Shown: positions 36,037 through 46,664, counted from the stretch's first letter. The stretch is DNA of 64,000 nucleotides from Bacteroidales bacterium (GCA_017962175.1 JAGCVU010000003.1:21-64020), one strand, 5' to 3'. Numbers and translations: made by a program. Notes: generated by a model from the sequence alone, not told the origin.

Positions 36037-36070
36037 AAGCGCAGGCTGTTATGGTCTGCGCTTTTGTTTT
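36037..36070 (+). terminator. Rho-independent terminator of the giant gene
   Basis: AAGCGCAG / CTGCGCTT stem with an 11-nt loop, then TTTTGTTTT. Confidence 0.75.
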
Positions 36071-36087
36071 ATTGGTATGAATTATCT

Positions 36088-38454
36088 TTATGCCCTGAAT
36101 CCAAATATTGTGATATCGTCGGTCTGCTTGCGAGTTCCCCGCCAGATGATAAGTTCCTCTTCCAGACGCTGTTTCTGCTGCTGGCAGGGCAGTGTGGCTA
36201 TCTGAGCCAGCAGTGCGTTGAAGTCGCGGCGCGAGTATTTGCGGTTTTCGCTGATACCAAACTGGTCGGGGTATCCGTCGGAGGCGATGTACACCATATC
36301 GCCCTTTTGCAGCTCTATCTCCTCGTTGGTAAATTTGAGCTGCATCGGGTGTATGCCGATAGGGCATTTTGTGGGCGAGTATAGCGATAGTTCGCCGTCG
36401 CGCACCACCACAAGCGGAATGTTAGCGCCAGAGTACTGCATCTTTGTGCCGTTGATAAACACCAGGGCTATGTCGAGTCCGTCGCGCAGTATCACGGAGT
36501 TTTGCAGGGCTTCGATAATCTTTTGTCTTAGCAGTTCCAGCATCGTGGCGGGCGAGAATCCCTCCTCACCGAAGTGTGTGTTGAGAATGTTTTGCAATAT
36601 GCTAGCCGAAAGGACGCTCATAAGGGCACCCGGCACGCCGTGCCCCGTACAATCCGCCACCACGCACACCTTGGTTTCGTTTATGTTGGTAACAAAGTAG
36701 AAGTCGCCACCCACAATCTCGCACGGCTGGTACATCACAAAGCTGTCGGGGAACACCTTGGTGGTTTTTTCCGACGAAGGATAGAAAAGCGCGTCTTGAA
36801 TGCGTTTGGCGTAGGTGAGGCTCTCCTCCATGCGGCGGTGAACGTTCTCAAGCTGGTTTTTCTTCTCCTCGGTTTGCTCAAGCGACGCCATAAGGTTTTC
36901 GGTGAGGGCCTTGAGCTGCTGTTCGTACTGCTTGTGTTCTGTTATGTTGCGCACGATACCCTCGTATCCTGCGGGAGCACCGTCGTTGTCGTAGAAAGTG
37001 TTGATGTTGGCCTCGCAGTGGATTGTCTTTCCCTTGTGGTTCTTAATCTTGAACGAAAATTCCTTTACATATCCTGTGCGAGCAATAGCCTCCCAGTCAA
37101 CTGAAGATGAAGCCACCTCTGTGATGTTGTGTCCGATAATATCGTCGAGCTTGTCGTATCCCAAGGCTTCGCAGCACGAGCGGCTAGCCTGGATGATAAC
37201 GCCGTTGAGGTCGGTGCGCAGGTATAGGTCGGTGAGGTTGTCGATAGTGCTCTGCAGCATACGGTTCTGCTCTATGATGTTCTTTTCGTGTTCGCGACCT
37301 TTTGAAATATCCATCATAGCGCAGTATATGCCGCGCTTGCCGCTGTATTCGAGAGGGATTTTCGACACCGAGTAGCATTTCTGCACATCGTCCTGAAACT
37401 TGAGGAAATGCATCTTGAGCATCCTGCTCTTGTTGTTGGCAAATACTATTCGGTCTTCGTCGAATATCGGAGTCAGCTCGTCGGGCAGCCCCATCTGGCG
37501 CTCGTCTTTGCCGATGAAGTCCTCGGGCTTGAGACCGAACGACGATGCGAAAAGGTTGTTAACAAAGTCGAATTTCAGGTTGCTGTCCTTAACGTACACC
37601 CTTGCCGGCATAGCCTCAAGAAACACCTTCAGCTTGCTTACTTTGTCTATCTCGTCTTTAAGTTCTTTCTCGTTTACGGCGCAGTTGATAAAAATGCAGC
37701 CTAAAAGCAGCAGGCTCGCTATAGCTATGTACCATATCCAGAAACGGCTTCCGATAATGGCATCGCTTCCGCTAAACGAGAATTGCAGCACGCCGTAGTC
37801 CACATTGTTGATGTCGGTGATAAACTCGTTTACAAGCACTGGGTTGATTCCTTGCAGCAGGTTGTCTCTGTGCTTTACGTATTCCACCGACCAGAGGTCA
37901 GGCGGAAGGGTCTGCGCTGCGATGTCCTGTAGATATCCGATGGCGAGAAGGTAGCCGCCCGAGTCGATACGTTTCTTCTCGGCGTTTTTTACCGGCACAC
38001 CGTACACTACAAACAGCGAATCGTTGAAGTATTTGAAATACTTAAAATGATTGTAGTACTCTATCTTGCTCGAAATGATGCCCTTGTCGGCCTTGAGCAT
38101 ATAGGGGTTGATTTTTCCCGCGCGGGCTACTATGTCTTCTTGCTGGCTCATCAGCACAACGGCGTGGATGTGGTTGTCGTGTACCACGTCTTCCATTTCA
38201 AGAGCTTCCCACAGCTCGTCGGGATTTTCGCTGTCTACCACCTCGGCAAGCTCGTCGTAGCTGCCGTAGTCTTCCAGAAGGTCGAAGTATTTCTGGTCGG
38301 TGATCTTGGAAAACGACTGCACCCATGCGCCCGCAGTGAAATATGTGGAGCGGGAAATGGCGTTTCTAAACATAATAAAAATCACCGTGGCGACCGTAAA
38401 CAGCAATAGAAACACGATGATCGATCTTTGTTTCAAATTAATCTTCTTGCACAT
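36088..38454 (-). CDS. membrane sensor with PAS domains and a C-terminal SpoIIE/PP2C-type serine phosphatase (RsbU-like)
   Basis: 788 aa. Order: N-terminal TM segment, about 200-aa extracytoplasmic region, second TM segment, two PAS regions, a coiled coil, then a PP2C core GGDFYF...VVADCTGHGVPGALMS...ASDGYPDQFG. Confidence 0.85.
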   Translation of the reverse strand: MCKKINLKQRSIIVFLLLFTVATVIFIMFRNAISRSTYFTAGAWVQSFSKITDQKYFDLLEDYGSYDELAEVVDSENPDELWEALEMEDVVHDNHIHAVVLMSQQEDIVARAGKINPYMLKADKGIISSKIEYYNHFKYFKYFNDSLFVVYGVPVKNAEKKRIDSGGYLLAIGYLQDIAAQTLPPDLWSVEYVKHRDNLLQGINPVLVNEFITDINNVDYGVLQFSFSGSDAIIGSRFWIWYIAIASLLLLGCIFINCAVNEKELKDEIDKVSKLKVFLEAMPARVYVKDSNLKFDFVNNLFASSFGLKPEDFIGKDERQMGLPDELTPIFDEDRIVFANNKSRMLKMHFLKFQDDVQKCYSVSKIPLEYSGKRGIYCAMMDISKGREHEKNIIEQNRMLQSTIDNLTDLYLRTDLNGVIIQASRSCCEALGYDKLDDIIGHNITEVASSSVDWEAIARTGYVKEFSFKIKNHKGKTIHCEANINTFYDNDGAPAGYEGIVRNITEHKQYEQQLKALTENLMASLEQTEEKKNQLENVHRRMEESLTYAKRIQDALFYPSSEKTTKVFPDSFVMYQPCEIVGGDFYFVTNINETKVCVVADCTGHGVPGALMSVLSASILQNILNTHFGEEGFSPATMLELLRQKIIEALQNSVILRDGLDIALVFINGTKMQYSGANIPLVVVRDGELSLYSPTKCPIGIHPMQLKFTNEEIELQKGDMVYIASDGYPDQFGISENRKYSRRDFNALLAQIATLPCQQQKQRLEEELIIWRGTRKQTDDITIFGFRA

Positions 38455-38573
38455 AGCTATTTTTTATAAGTTGTACTTGTATCATTATTCAAAAAGTGAA
38501 CCTTTGATAACAAATATATCTCAAATATACGATAATTTTTTGATAAATATACGCATAATAACAAAAAACGCAA

Positions 38574-38581
38574 TAACTTTG
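38574..38581 (+). promoter_or_regulatory. -7 box TAACTTTG for alaS
   Basis: About 40 nt upstream of the alaS start. A T10 run lies in the leader. Confidence 0.5.
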
Positions 38582-38619
38582 CGCCATAAAATTTTTTTTT
38601 AAAAACATAGCATTAACAC

Positions 38620-41247
38620 ATGATGACCTCAAAGGAAATACGCAAAGCCTTTTTGGATTTTTTTGCGTCGAAGCAGCATAAGATTGTGCCCTCGGCACCT
38701 ATGGTTGTGAAAAACGACCCTACCCTGATGTTTACCAACGCAGGTATGAACCAGTTTAAAGACATTTTCCTCGGCAACGAACCCGCGGCAAGCAAGCGTG
38801 TGGCCGACAGTCAAAAATGTCTCCGCGTGTCGGGAAAACACAACGACCTCGAAGAGGTTGGTCACGATACCTATCACCACACTATGTTTGAAATGCTTGG
38901 CAACTGGAGTTTCGGCGATTATTTCAAAAAAGAGATTATCGACTGGGCGTGGGAATTTCTTGTAGATGTGCTTCATCTCGACACCAGCCGCCTCTATGCC
39001 ACTGTATTTGAGGGCGCTAAAGACGAAAACCTTGAACCCGACGAAGAGGCTAAGGGATATTGGCTCAAACACTTGCCCGCCGACCGTGTAATTATGGGCA
39101 ACAAACACGACAATTTCTGGGAAATGGGTGCTACAGGTCCTTGTGGCCCTTGTAGCGAAATTCACATCGACCTTCGTAGCGATGAGGAACGTGCAAAACT
39201 CCCCGGCGTAAAACTCGTTAACCAAAGTCATCCCCAAGTAATTGAAATTTGGAACCTTGTGTTTATGCAGTTCAACCGTTGCGCCGACGGTCACCTTGAA
39301 CCCCTTCCTGCAAAACATGTGGATACAGGTATGGGTTTTGAACGTCTCTGCATGGCTCTCCAAGGCAAACAGAGCAACTACGACACTGATATTTTCCAAC
39401 CCGTAATACAAGAAATCAGCCGTCTCACCGGCATCAAGTACGGTGCAAAACAAGAAACCGACGTGGCTATGCGCGTTATTGCCGACCATATTCGTGCTAT
39501 TTCGTTTGCCATTGCCGACGGTCAATTGCCCGCAAATGCTAAGGCAGGATACGTTATTCGCCGTATTCTCCGCCGTGCTGTAAGATACGCTTACACATTC
39601 CTCGGACAGGCTGAACCTTTTATGTATAAACTTCTTCCTGTGTTGCGTTCGGTTATGGGCGAGGCTTATCCCGAACTCAATGCTCAAAAAGATATCATCG
39701 AAAAGGTGATGGTAGAGGAAGAATCATCATTCCTCCGTACTTTGGAAACAGGTATTCGCCTTTTGGACAAGGTGGTGGAGCAAGCCCAAAAAGCCGGCAA
39801 AAAAGAAATCGACGGCAAAACAGTGTTTGTGCTTTACGATACTTACGGTTTCCCGCTCGACCTTACCGAACTTATTCTCAAAGAGAAAGGTCTTACACAC
39901 AATCAAGCCGAATTTGAACAAGAACTCAATGCTCAAAAAGAGCGCAGCCGCAACGATGCTAAAATCGAAAGTAGCGACTGGCAAGAGGTTAACAATTTCT
40001 CTACCGAAGAGTTCACCGGCTACGATGAAACCGCTTCTGAGGTTAAAATCTGGCGTTATCGCAAGGTGGAAGCCAAAGGCAAAAACTTCTATCAAATAGT
40101 ATTCAACCAAACTCCTTTCTATGGAGAAATGGGCGGTCAGGTAGGCGACTGCGGCTATATTGAGGCCAACGGCAAAAAGACCTACATCACCGACACTCAA
40201 AAAGAAAACGGTCTTTCAATTCATATTGTTAAGGAACTTCCCGAAGACCTTAAAGCCACATTCCACGCTGTTGTGGATGCCGAAAAACGTACTGCAATTG
40301 AACGTAACCACAGCGCAACTCACCTTTTAGACGAGGCTCTCCGTTCAATTCTCGGAACTCATGTAGAGCAAAAAGGTTCTATGGTTTGTAGCGATTATCT
40401 CCGTTTCGACTTTAGCCATTTTAGCAAAATGACCGACGAGGAAATTGCTAAAGCAGAGGCTTTTGTAAATGAAAAAATCCGTGAAGGCATTGCCCTCGAA
40501 GAACATCGCGATATGCCTATCAAAGATGCTCAGGCTTTGGGAGCAATTGCACTTTTCGGCGAAAAATATGGCGACAAGGTGCGTGTGGTAAAATTTGGCA
40601 ACAGCATCGAACTTTGCGGTGGTACACACATCAGCAACACCGGTCGCATTGGATATTTTAAAATAATCACCGAAACAGCAGTGGCAGCCGGAATACGTCG
40701 TATAGAGGCTCTCACTGGCAAGGCAGCCGAAGAATATGCTGCTAAACAGTGCGCTGTAGCATCGGCTCTTAAACTTATGTTTAAGGCTAAAACCGAGGCT
40801 GACGCTCTCAAATCTGTTGAGGCTCTCATTGCCGACAACGCTGCTCTCAAAAAACAGATTGATATTCTTGAACACGAGAAACTTGCAGGCGTTAAAGACG
40901 CTCTCATTGCCAAAGCACAGAATATCAACGGTGTAAACGTGATTGCAGAGCGTGTAAGCGTTGGCAACAAAGATTTGTTGAAAGACCTCTCGTTCCAGAT
41001 TCGTCAGCAATTAGACAACTCTTTCATTGTTCTCGGCGCATTGTTCGACGGCAAACCTTTGCTCTCTGTAATTATGAGCGAAAACCTTGTAAAAGAGCGC
41101 AACCTTAATGCAGGAGCCATTGTAAAAGAGGCAGGCAAAGAGATACTCGGCGGTGGCGGCGGACAGCCCTTCTACGCTACAGCAGGCGGCAAAAATCCTG
41201 ATGGATTAGACAAGGCTATTGCCGCAGCCAAAGCATTTATCAAGTAG
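38620..41247 (+). CDS. alaS: alanine--tRNA ligase
   Basis: 875 aa. [19 protein letters not shown], [10 protein letters not shown], class II motifs, editing-domain HSATHLL and CGGTH, and a C-terminal DHHA1-like GGGGGQPxxA. Confidence 0.95.
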   Translation: MMTSKEIRKAFLDFFASKQHKIVPSAPMVVKNDPTLMFTNAGMNQFKDIFLGNEPAASKRVADSQKCLRVSGKHNDLEEVGHDTYHHTMFEMLGNWSFGDYFKKEIIDWAWEFLVDVLHLDTSRLYATVFEGAKDENLEPDEEAKGYWLKHLPADRVIMGNKHDNFWEMGATGPCGPCSEIHIDLRSDEERAKLPGVKLVNQSHPQVIEIWNLVFMQFNRCADGHLEPLPAKHVDTGMGFERLCMALQGKQSNYDTDIFQPVIQEISRLTGIKYGAKQETDVAMRVIADHIRAISFAIADGQLPANAKAGYVIRRILRRAVRYAYTFLGQAEPFMYKLLPVLRSVMGEAYPELNAQKDIIEKVMVEEESSFLRTLETGIRLLDKVVEQAQKAGKKEIDGKTVFVLYDTYGFPLDLTELILKEKGLTHNQAEFEQELNAQKERSRNDAKIESSDWQEVNNFSTEEFTGYDETASEVKIWRYRKVEAKGKNFYQIVFNQTPFYGEMGGQVGDCGYIEANGKKTYITDTQKENGLSIHIVKELPEDLKATFHAVVDAEKRTAIERNHSATHLLDEALRSILGTHVEQKGSMVCSDYLRFDFSHFSKMTDEEIAKAEAFVNEKIREGIALEEHRDMPIKDAQALGAIALFGEKYGDKVRVVKFGNSIELCGGTHISNTGRIGYFKIITETAVAAGIRRIEALTGKAAEEYAAKQCAVASALKLMFKAKTEADALKSVEALIADNAALKKQIDILEHEKLAGVKDALIAKAQNINGVNVIAERVSVGNKDLLKDLSFQIRQQLDNSFIVLGALFDGKPLLSVIMSENLVKERNLNAGAIVKEAGKEILGGGGGQPFYATAGGKNPDGLDKAIAAAKAFIK

Positions 41248-41267
41248 ATAGATTGCAAGATTATAAT

Positions 41268-41299
41268 AAAAAAAGGGAGCGAATTTCGCTCCCTTTTTT
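41268..41299. terminator. bidirectional terminator between the convergent alaS and ompA-family genes
   Basis: A7-GGGAGCG-AATTT-CGCTCCC-T6. Confidence 0.85.
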
Positions 41300-41303
41300 A
41301 TTA

Positions 41304-42797
41304 CTACTCGTTTTTTTGATTTTTTAGTTTCGTTTCGTCTAATGCTAATATCACAAATTCCACTCGTCGGTTGATATCTCGCATAGCCTCGGTGGAGTTG
41401 TCGTTGAGGGGACGGCTTTCGCCATATCCAACAGGTACAAGACGTTCGGGTTCAACACCTTGTCTAATCAAGTAGTTGACCACAGTGCGGGCACGGCGTT
41501 TCGACAGGTCGAGGTTGTAAGCATCTGAACCAATGTTGTCGGTGTGAGCCGAAACTTCCATTTTAATTACGTCAGGGTTCTTTTTCAGGAACGTTACCAC
41601 AGTGTCCATAAGAGTGTGCGATGTGTCGGCAAGTTGGTCGCTATTGAGTGCAAAGTGAATTGGCACGCCAATAGGGTCGCCCACTTTCTTGAGTTCGAGT
41701 TGCTTGGTCATATCAAGTCCCGAATTTACAAACGTGTAGCCCATAGGCATAATGTTTACGCCAAAATCGTCGGCATCGCGGTTGTACCAGTTGTCGGTGG
41801 TATCTTCCTCCACAACTATATTTTCAAGCGGAGGCAGCACGCGCTCTATAATCTGCGGTTGAGGTTTCTTTGCAAAACGATAGCGGAGACCGATGGTGCC
41901 GCCTACGTTTACCAAATTTACATTTTTGCTGTATTGGGTTTGGGTAACTCCCACATACGCAGTGGTAGTGTATCCGGTGTCGAGGTCGTTCCAAAGTTTT
42001 TCATCGTTTCTGTTCTTAATGTCGCCTAAACGATAAGAGCCACTGAGATTGAATGTTAAATCCAATTGGCTTGTTAGCGCATAGTGTAGCGACACTTCAG
42101 CACCCGCTCCAATAATTGTGGTTTTGAAGTCAGGTTTGCCTTTTAGGTTAGAATACGTATAAATGCCGTATTCTTCCAGATTGTCGATAGTTAAAGCATG
42201 TTGGGGAACAACCATTGCATTAGATGCTCCGGCACCTTCTTCAGCTGATGTTTTAAACTTTTTGGTGATTATTTGCGATACGCTTAAATTGACACCTGCA
42301 CCAATGCGGAATTTTGACCCTAAAGCATGTTGGTAGTAAAGACCTATAGGAAGGTCGATAGCCGACACCGTAACTGTTTCTTTTAAATCAAAAATAGTGC
42401 AGAAAGTGCGGGTCTTGTCTTCCAATAAAATTTTGGGGTCTTCACCATTAGCAATTACTTTGGTAAATTGGAGTTTGGCAATACCTTGGTAGGTGTTGTA
42501 ATTTAATCCAACACCAATGCCCCAATTGGGCGCAAAAAAGTATCTGTAGCCAAAACGAGCCGAAATACCAAGTCCGGGCGATTTTGTGCCGCAAGTGTCT
42601 TCAACGCTAAACGCCACATTGTTTAAGCCTCCGCCAAGGTCGAAGAATACAAAATGACCTTTGCGGGCGGCGTTGATGGCAAGTGTGTCGGGCGGCGCCG
42701 GAATGGTGTCGTACGTGATACGTGGCGCCGGATCTCCTGTTTGTGCCAACGTGTGTGCAGCTATCAGTACAAATAATACTGTGATTAATTTTTTCAT
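41304..42797 (-). CDS. OmpA-family outer-membrane protein (N-terminal beta-barrel, C-terminal peptidoglycan-binding OmpA domain)
   Basis: Signal peptide. Alternating-hydrophobic barrel region. The OmpA_C block is VSAHTDNIGSDAYNLDLSKRRARTVVNYLIRQGVEPERLVPVGYGESRPL...NRRVEFV. Confidence 0.85.
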   Translation of the reverse strand: MKKLITVLFVLIAAHTLAQTGDPAPRITYDTIPAPPDTLAINAARKGHFVFFDLGGGLNNVAFSVEDTCGTKSPGLGISARFGYRYFFAPNWGIGVGLNYNTYQGIAKLQFTKVIANGEDPKILLEDKTRTFCTIFDLKETVTVSAIDLPIGLYYQHALGSKFRIGAGVNLSVSQIITKKFKTSAEEGAGASNAMVVPQHALTIDNLEEYGIYTYSNLKGKPDFKTTIIGAGAEVSLHYALTSQLDLTFNLSGSYRLGDIKNRNDEKLWNDLDTGYTTTAYVGVTQTQYSKNVNLVNVGGTIGLRYRFAKKPQPQIIERVLPPLENIVVEEDTTDNWYNRDADDFGVNIMPMGYTFVNSGLDMTKQLELKKVGDPIGVPIHFALNSDQLADTSHTLMDTVVTFLKKNPDVIKMEVSAHTDNIGSDAYNLDLSKRRARTVVNYLIRQGVEPERLVPVGYGESRPLNDNSTEAMRDINRRVEFVILALDETKLKNQKNE

Positions 42798-42831
42798 TAT
42801 AGTTCGATGTTATTATGTTATAATATGGCTG

Positions 42832-44538
42832 TTAATCTCGGTAGTTGTAACGTGTAACTTCAACGGTTTGACCCTTGTTGATTGTGCCACGATGGTCTTT
42901 ACGTCCGTATTTGTCTACTATTGATACGTTGAAACTTAGGCTCTGTGCTGTTTTTTCGCGGTATTTGAAACATACCACTTTAACGGTGTATGTGCCGGCT
43001 TTGGGTTTCAACCAATAGATGTTTTCTTGCGGACGGTTGGTAGTACCGATAATGGCGTTGGCATCAAGGTCGAGGTTGCCTGTACCGCTACCGCAACTTG
43101 CTTTACGACGGCTGAAGAAAATTTCATTGCCGCATGGGTCGATAACGTGAAGGTCAAGGTCGGTTTTTGAATACCATTGAAGGTTGATACGAAGGTCGCC
43201 GCTCTGTCCTTTCAAATCGTTTTGAGGCGGATTGTTGGGTGTGGGAGTGGGCGATGGGGTAGGAGCGGGAGGAGGTGTGGGCTTAACATTTAGCGGAATA
43301 GTGCGGCTCTCTTTGGTGTTTAACTGCGACAACAAGGCATTTTTAACCTTGGTGCTGTTGGTGATGTAGCCGGTTTTTGATGCTGTGATAGAAATCTTAT
43401 CGTTTTCGCCAATGCCAAGCACTGTAAATTCACCTTGAGCGTTGCTGTATTCGGTGGCTTTGAGGCTGCCGTTTATACGAATTTCGTTTTTAACACCTGC
43501 CAACGGTTTGCTGCCGTCGGTATTGTAGAATACAAGCGAAGTGGTAAGCGGACGAAGATACATTGTGCGCTCTTCTTCAGAAAGTTCCATAAATTTCTGC
43601 ACTGTGCCGCCGTCTAATGTGGTGTCGGCATATCCGGCTTTTGATGCCTTGAAACTTAATGTGTTGGATATGCGAAGCGAATCAAAAAGTCCCACGCCAA
43701 CGCCGTTGGTATTGGTTTGCAACGATGAAGATGCTCCGTTGATAGTAAGAGTTACAGTAGCATCGGGCAAAAGGCTCTTGGTTTTGAGGTTTTTTACAAT
43801 CACCTTTACGCTGCCTTTGATGGGCGAAAGTTTGAGGCTTTTTTCAAAGTCGGACATATTGGCAAGGTCAAATAGCGATGCTTCGATAGTGTCGTTAAGG
43901 TATCCCTCTTTAGAAGCCACGCATTTAACGCTTCCGCATTTGGGCATATTGAGATTGAATCCGCCAGAGGGGTCGGTTGTAGCCGAAGAACCGTCTTGCG
44001 AATTGTTGACAATGGATATAATCTCAACACCTGCGCCGGGGAGAGGTTCGTTGTTGTCGATGTCGATAACTTTCATGTCAACACTTGTAAACAACGGCGG
44101 AATTTGCACCTCTTTGAAATCAGATTTTGGGAACGAACTATAAAGGTCGCCAATGCCGTCGGCGTTGTAACACTCGTTTCCGGCGGTTACGTATGCCGAA
44201 TCGTTAAACATTCCGCCAAAAAGCACGTACCAAAGTGGTTCTTTAATGCCGTCGAACTCTACTTTGCCATCGTTGTCGGTGGTGCCGGTTTTGGTTTCGG
44301 GAGTATGTCCTCCAAATAGTCCAATGGCAGGATACGAAAATTTGGTTTCGGCTGCGGCTATCGAAAGTCCGGTTTGTTTTTCGCTAAGATGGATTCTTAC
44401 CGTGCGACCTATCGGTATAATAAATACAAATAGGAGCAAGAATAGAAAAATCCACCACGGAAATTTCTTTTTCTTTATTACAAGTGTTATTTCGGAATCT
44501 TCTTCGCCCGAAACAACGGTTGCTTTGTTTGTACCCAT
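42832..44538 (-). CDS. N-terminally membrane-anchored protein with CarboxypepD_reg-like Ig repeats, a Pro-rich linker and a Cys-containing YfaP/DUF2135-like C-terminal domain
   Basis: N-terminus MGTNKATVVSGEEDSEITLVIKKKKFPWWIFLFLLLFVFIIP. Repeats carry NDGKVEF, DPSGGFNL, KEGY, KAGY and SNAQGEFTV motifs. The C-terminus reads GDLRINLQWYSKTDLDLHVIDPCGNEIFFSRRKASCGSGTGNLDLDAN...GTYTVKVVCFKY. Confidence 0.65.
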   Translation of the reverse strand: MGTNKATVVSGEEDSEITLVIKKKKFPWWIFLFLLLFVFIIPIGRTVRIHLSEKQTGLSIAAAETKFSYPAIGLFGGHTPETKTGTTDNDGKVEFDGIKEPLWYVLFGGMFNDSAYVTAGNECYNADGIGDLYSSFPKSDFKEVQIPPLFTSVDMKVIDIDNNEPLPGAGVEIISIVNNSQDGSSATTDPSGGFNLNMPKCGSVKCVASKEGYLNDTIEASLFDLANMSDFEKSLKLSPIKGSVKVIVKNLKTKSLLPDATVTLTINGASSSLQTNTNGVGVGLFDSLRISNTLSFKASKAGYADTTLDGGTVQKFMELSEEERTMYLRPLTTSLVFYNTDGSKPLAGVKNEIRINGSLKATEYSNAQGEFTVLGIGENDKISITASKTGYITNSTKVKNALLSQLNTKESRTIPLNVKPTPPPAPTPSPTPTPNNPPQNDLKGQSGDLRINLQWYSKTDLDLHVIDPCGNEIFFSRRKASCGSGTGNLDLDANAIIGTTNRPQENIYWLKPKAGTYTVKVVCFKYREKTAQSLSFNVSIVDKYGRKDHRGTINKGQTVEVTRYNYRD

Positions 44539-44557
44539 TTTATTGTGTTTTAGTTGG

Positions 44558-45673
44558 TTATTCTACTATGTGTGTTGTAACTTCTACTGTTTGACGGTGT
44601 TTAACCTTGCCCGAAAAATCTTTACGTCCTTTGCGGTCGATGATGGTGAGGTTAAATTCCTCTTCGGCACTTGTGTTGCCACGTTTTTCAAAGCACATTA
44701 CTTTTACTCTGTAATTACCGGACGAGGGCTTGATGAAGAAAATGTTTTCTTGCGGCTCGTCGGTAAATACCGAACGTTTGTTGTTGTACTTGGCGTTTGC
44801 GTCCACGTCGAGAGTGCCTTCGCCTTCGCCACATTCATATTGACGACGTTCGTAGAAGATTTCGTGTCCGCAGGGGTCGTAAACGTGCAGGTCGAGGTCG
44901 GTTTTTGAATACCATTGAAGGTTAAAACGCAGGTCGCCGCCTTCACCTTGGAATATTGGTTTTAGGCGCAATACACGCGAAGTGTCGTTGAGCTGCGCAA
45001 TTGCATCGGCTCCTCCGAAGAGAGTGTCGTTTTCGTAACCCTCTTTTGAACCAATGAGGTTGATTTGTGCACAAAGCGATGCGTTGAGCATAATGATGCC
45101 GGTGCTGTCGGTAAATACCGAATCAATGGTAGCGCTACCGTCTAAGTTTCTAATAATCTCTACTTTGGCATGGTCGATGGGTTCTTTTGTGTCGGTGTCA
45201 ATTACCGTTACCGGAACGTTGATTTCCTGTTCGGGAATTTCTATCACTTTAAATGTAAAGCGAGGGAAATCGGCGTAAGGATATTCCATACCATCCTCTG
45301 AAAGACAGCCTCCGTGAACCGTTACTTTGGCGGTGTAGCCCAAGAATTTATCAAACAACACGTACCAAAGAGGCTCTGAAATACCTTCGTAAATCACTTT
45401 GCCTTCGTTGTCGGTGTCATGTTTTTGTGTAACGTACACTTTTGCGCCAAACGAGCCAATTTCGGGATAATAAAATTCTGTGGTTGTGCCTGTTACCGGG
45501 TTTTGAGTGTTTTGTTGCAACACTTGTATGCGCACCGTGCGGCTTATGGGTATAAGTAGCAACAGCGGCAACAGCAACAATAATATCCACCACGGAAATT
45601 TTTTCTTTTTAAGCACGAGGACTGTTTCGTCGCCCTCTTGTCCCGATACTACGGTTACTTTGTCTGCTTTCAT
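44558..45673 (-). CDS. shorter paralog of the preceding gene, with the same anchor and the same YfaP/DUF2135-like C-terminal domain
   Basis: N-terminus MKADKVTVVSGQEGDETVLVLKKKKFPWWILLLLLPLLLLIP. C-terminus GDLRFNLQWYSKTDLDLHVYDPCGHEIFYERRQYECGEGEGTLDVDAN...GNYRVKVMCFEK. Confidence 0.65.
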   Translation of the reverse strand: MKADKVTVVSGQEGDETVLVLKKKKFPWWILLLLLPLLLLIPISRTVRIQVLQQNTQNPVTGTTTEFYYPEIGSFGAKVYVTQKHDTDNEGKVIYEGISEPLWYVLFDKFLGYTAKVTVHGGCLSEDGMEYPYADFPRFTFKVIEIPEQEINVPVTVIDTDTKEPIDHAKVEIIRNLDGSATIDSVFTDSTGIIMLNASLCAQINLIGSKEGYENDTLFGGADAIAQLNDTSRVLRLKPIFQGEGGDLRFNLQWYSKTDLDLHVYDPCGHEIFYERRQYECGEGEGTLDVDANAKYNNKRSVFTDEPQENIFFIKPSSGNYRVKVMCFEKRGNTSAEEEFNLTIIDRKGRKDFSGKVKHRQTVEVTTHIVE

Positions 45674-45719
45674 GTGGGTTAGGTTTTATTAGGTGTTACA
45701 ATATTTATATTATAAGGTG

Positions 45720-46664
45720 TTAGTGAACAAGTGCGGCGGCTCCAAGTACTGCTATGTTTGTGCCGAGCAATGCCGATGGTAGCACCTTGATTTTGCCACG
45801 GTAAACTGGTAAGAGGTTTTCTTCCATGTATTTTTTAGTGGGTTCTACTATCAAATCTTTGGCAAGGGCAAGACCTCCAAACAAAAATACTGCCTCGGGA
45901 GAGAGTATTGTGGCAAGGTCGGCTAATTTTTTGCCGAGAATTTCTGCCGTAAAGTCAAATGCCTTTAATGCTATTTGGTCGCCTTGTTTTGCAAAATCGT
46001 AAATGTCTTTGCTGGTGAGAGTTTCAAAAGGAATTGAACGCATTTTTGATTCGTCGCGATAGGTGGCAAGTAATTCAAATACAGTGCGTTTTATGCCCGT
46101 AGCTGAACAATAGGTTTCTAAGCAACCGCGACGTCCGCAGCCACATACGCGACCGTTTTCGATGGCAATGCAGTGTCCATATTCGCCGGCAAAACCGTCG
46201 GCACCATATATTAATTGTCCGTTGGCAACAATGCCACTGCCCAGACCCGTGCCAAGGGTTATCATTACAAAGTTTTTCATTCCTTTGGCACCGCCGTAAA
46301 CCATTTCGCCAATGGTTGCAGCTTTAGCATCGTTGGTAACAATCACCTTGCACGAAAAATATTTATTGATTTCGTCGGCAAGATGCACCACACCTTTCCA
46401 AGGTAGGTTGGGTGCACATTCGATTGTGCCGTTGTAATAATTGCCGTTGGGAGCGCCAACGCCTATGCCTCTGAGTTCGAGACCGTCGCCTGCCTTCTTG
46501 AGAAGAGAGTTGATGGTGTCGGCAAGAGTCTTTACATAATCTTCTAAAACTGAGTGGCTTGAAGTGGGAAACGATGTTTCTGCCAATATTTTGGCGTTGT
46601 CGTCTACAATGCCTACAGCCGTGTTGGTGCCGCCAATGTCGATGCCTGCGGATACTTTTTGCAT
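45720..46664 (-). CDS. ROK-family glucokinase
   Basis: GIDIGGTNTAVGIV, the ROK signature, and the zinc motif GHCIAIENGRVCGCGRRGCLETYCSATG. The start was trimmed to MQKVSAGIDIGG (ATG at 46664). Confidence 0.85.
   Translation of the reverse strand: MQKVSAGIDIGGTNTAVGIVDDNAKILAETSFPTSSHSVLEDYVKTLADTINSLLKKAGDGLELRGIGVGAPNGNYYNGTIECAPNLPWKGVVHLADEINKYFSCKVIVTNDAKAATIGEMVYGGAKGMKNFVMITLGTGLGSGIVANGQLIYGADGFAGEYGHCIAIENGRVCGCGRRGCLETYCSATGIKRTVFELLATYRDESKMRSIPFETLTSKDIYDFAKQGDQIALKAFDFTAEILGKKLADLATILSPEAVFLFGGLALAKDLIVEPTKKYMEENLLPVYRGKIKVLPSALLGTNIAVLGAAALVH

Noticed and set aside
38629-39687. 352-aa ORF antisense to alaS, and similar long shadow ORFs (for example 49297-49935, 36574-37104, 28221-28775, 6975-7574, 43541-44143)
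   Set aside because: All lie fully inside well-supported genes on the opposite strand, have no family motifs and have skewed composition. They are typical shadow ORFs.
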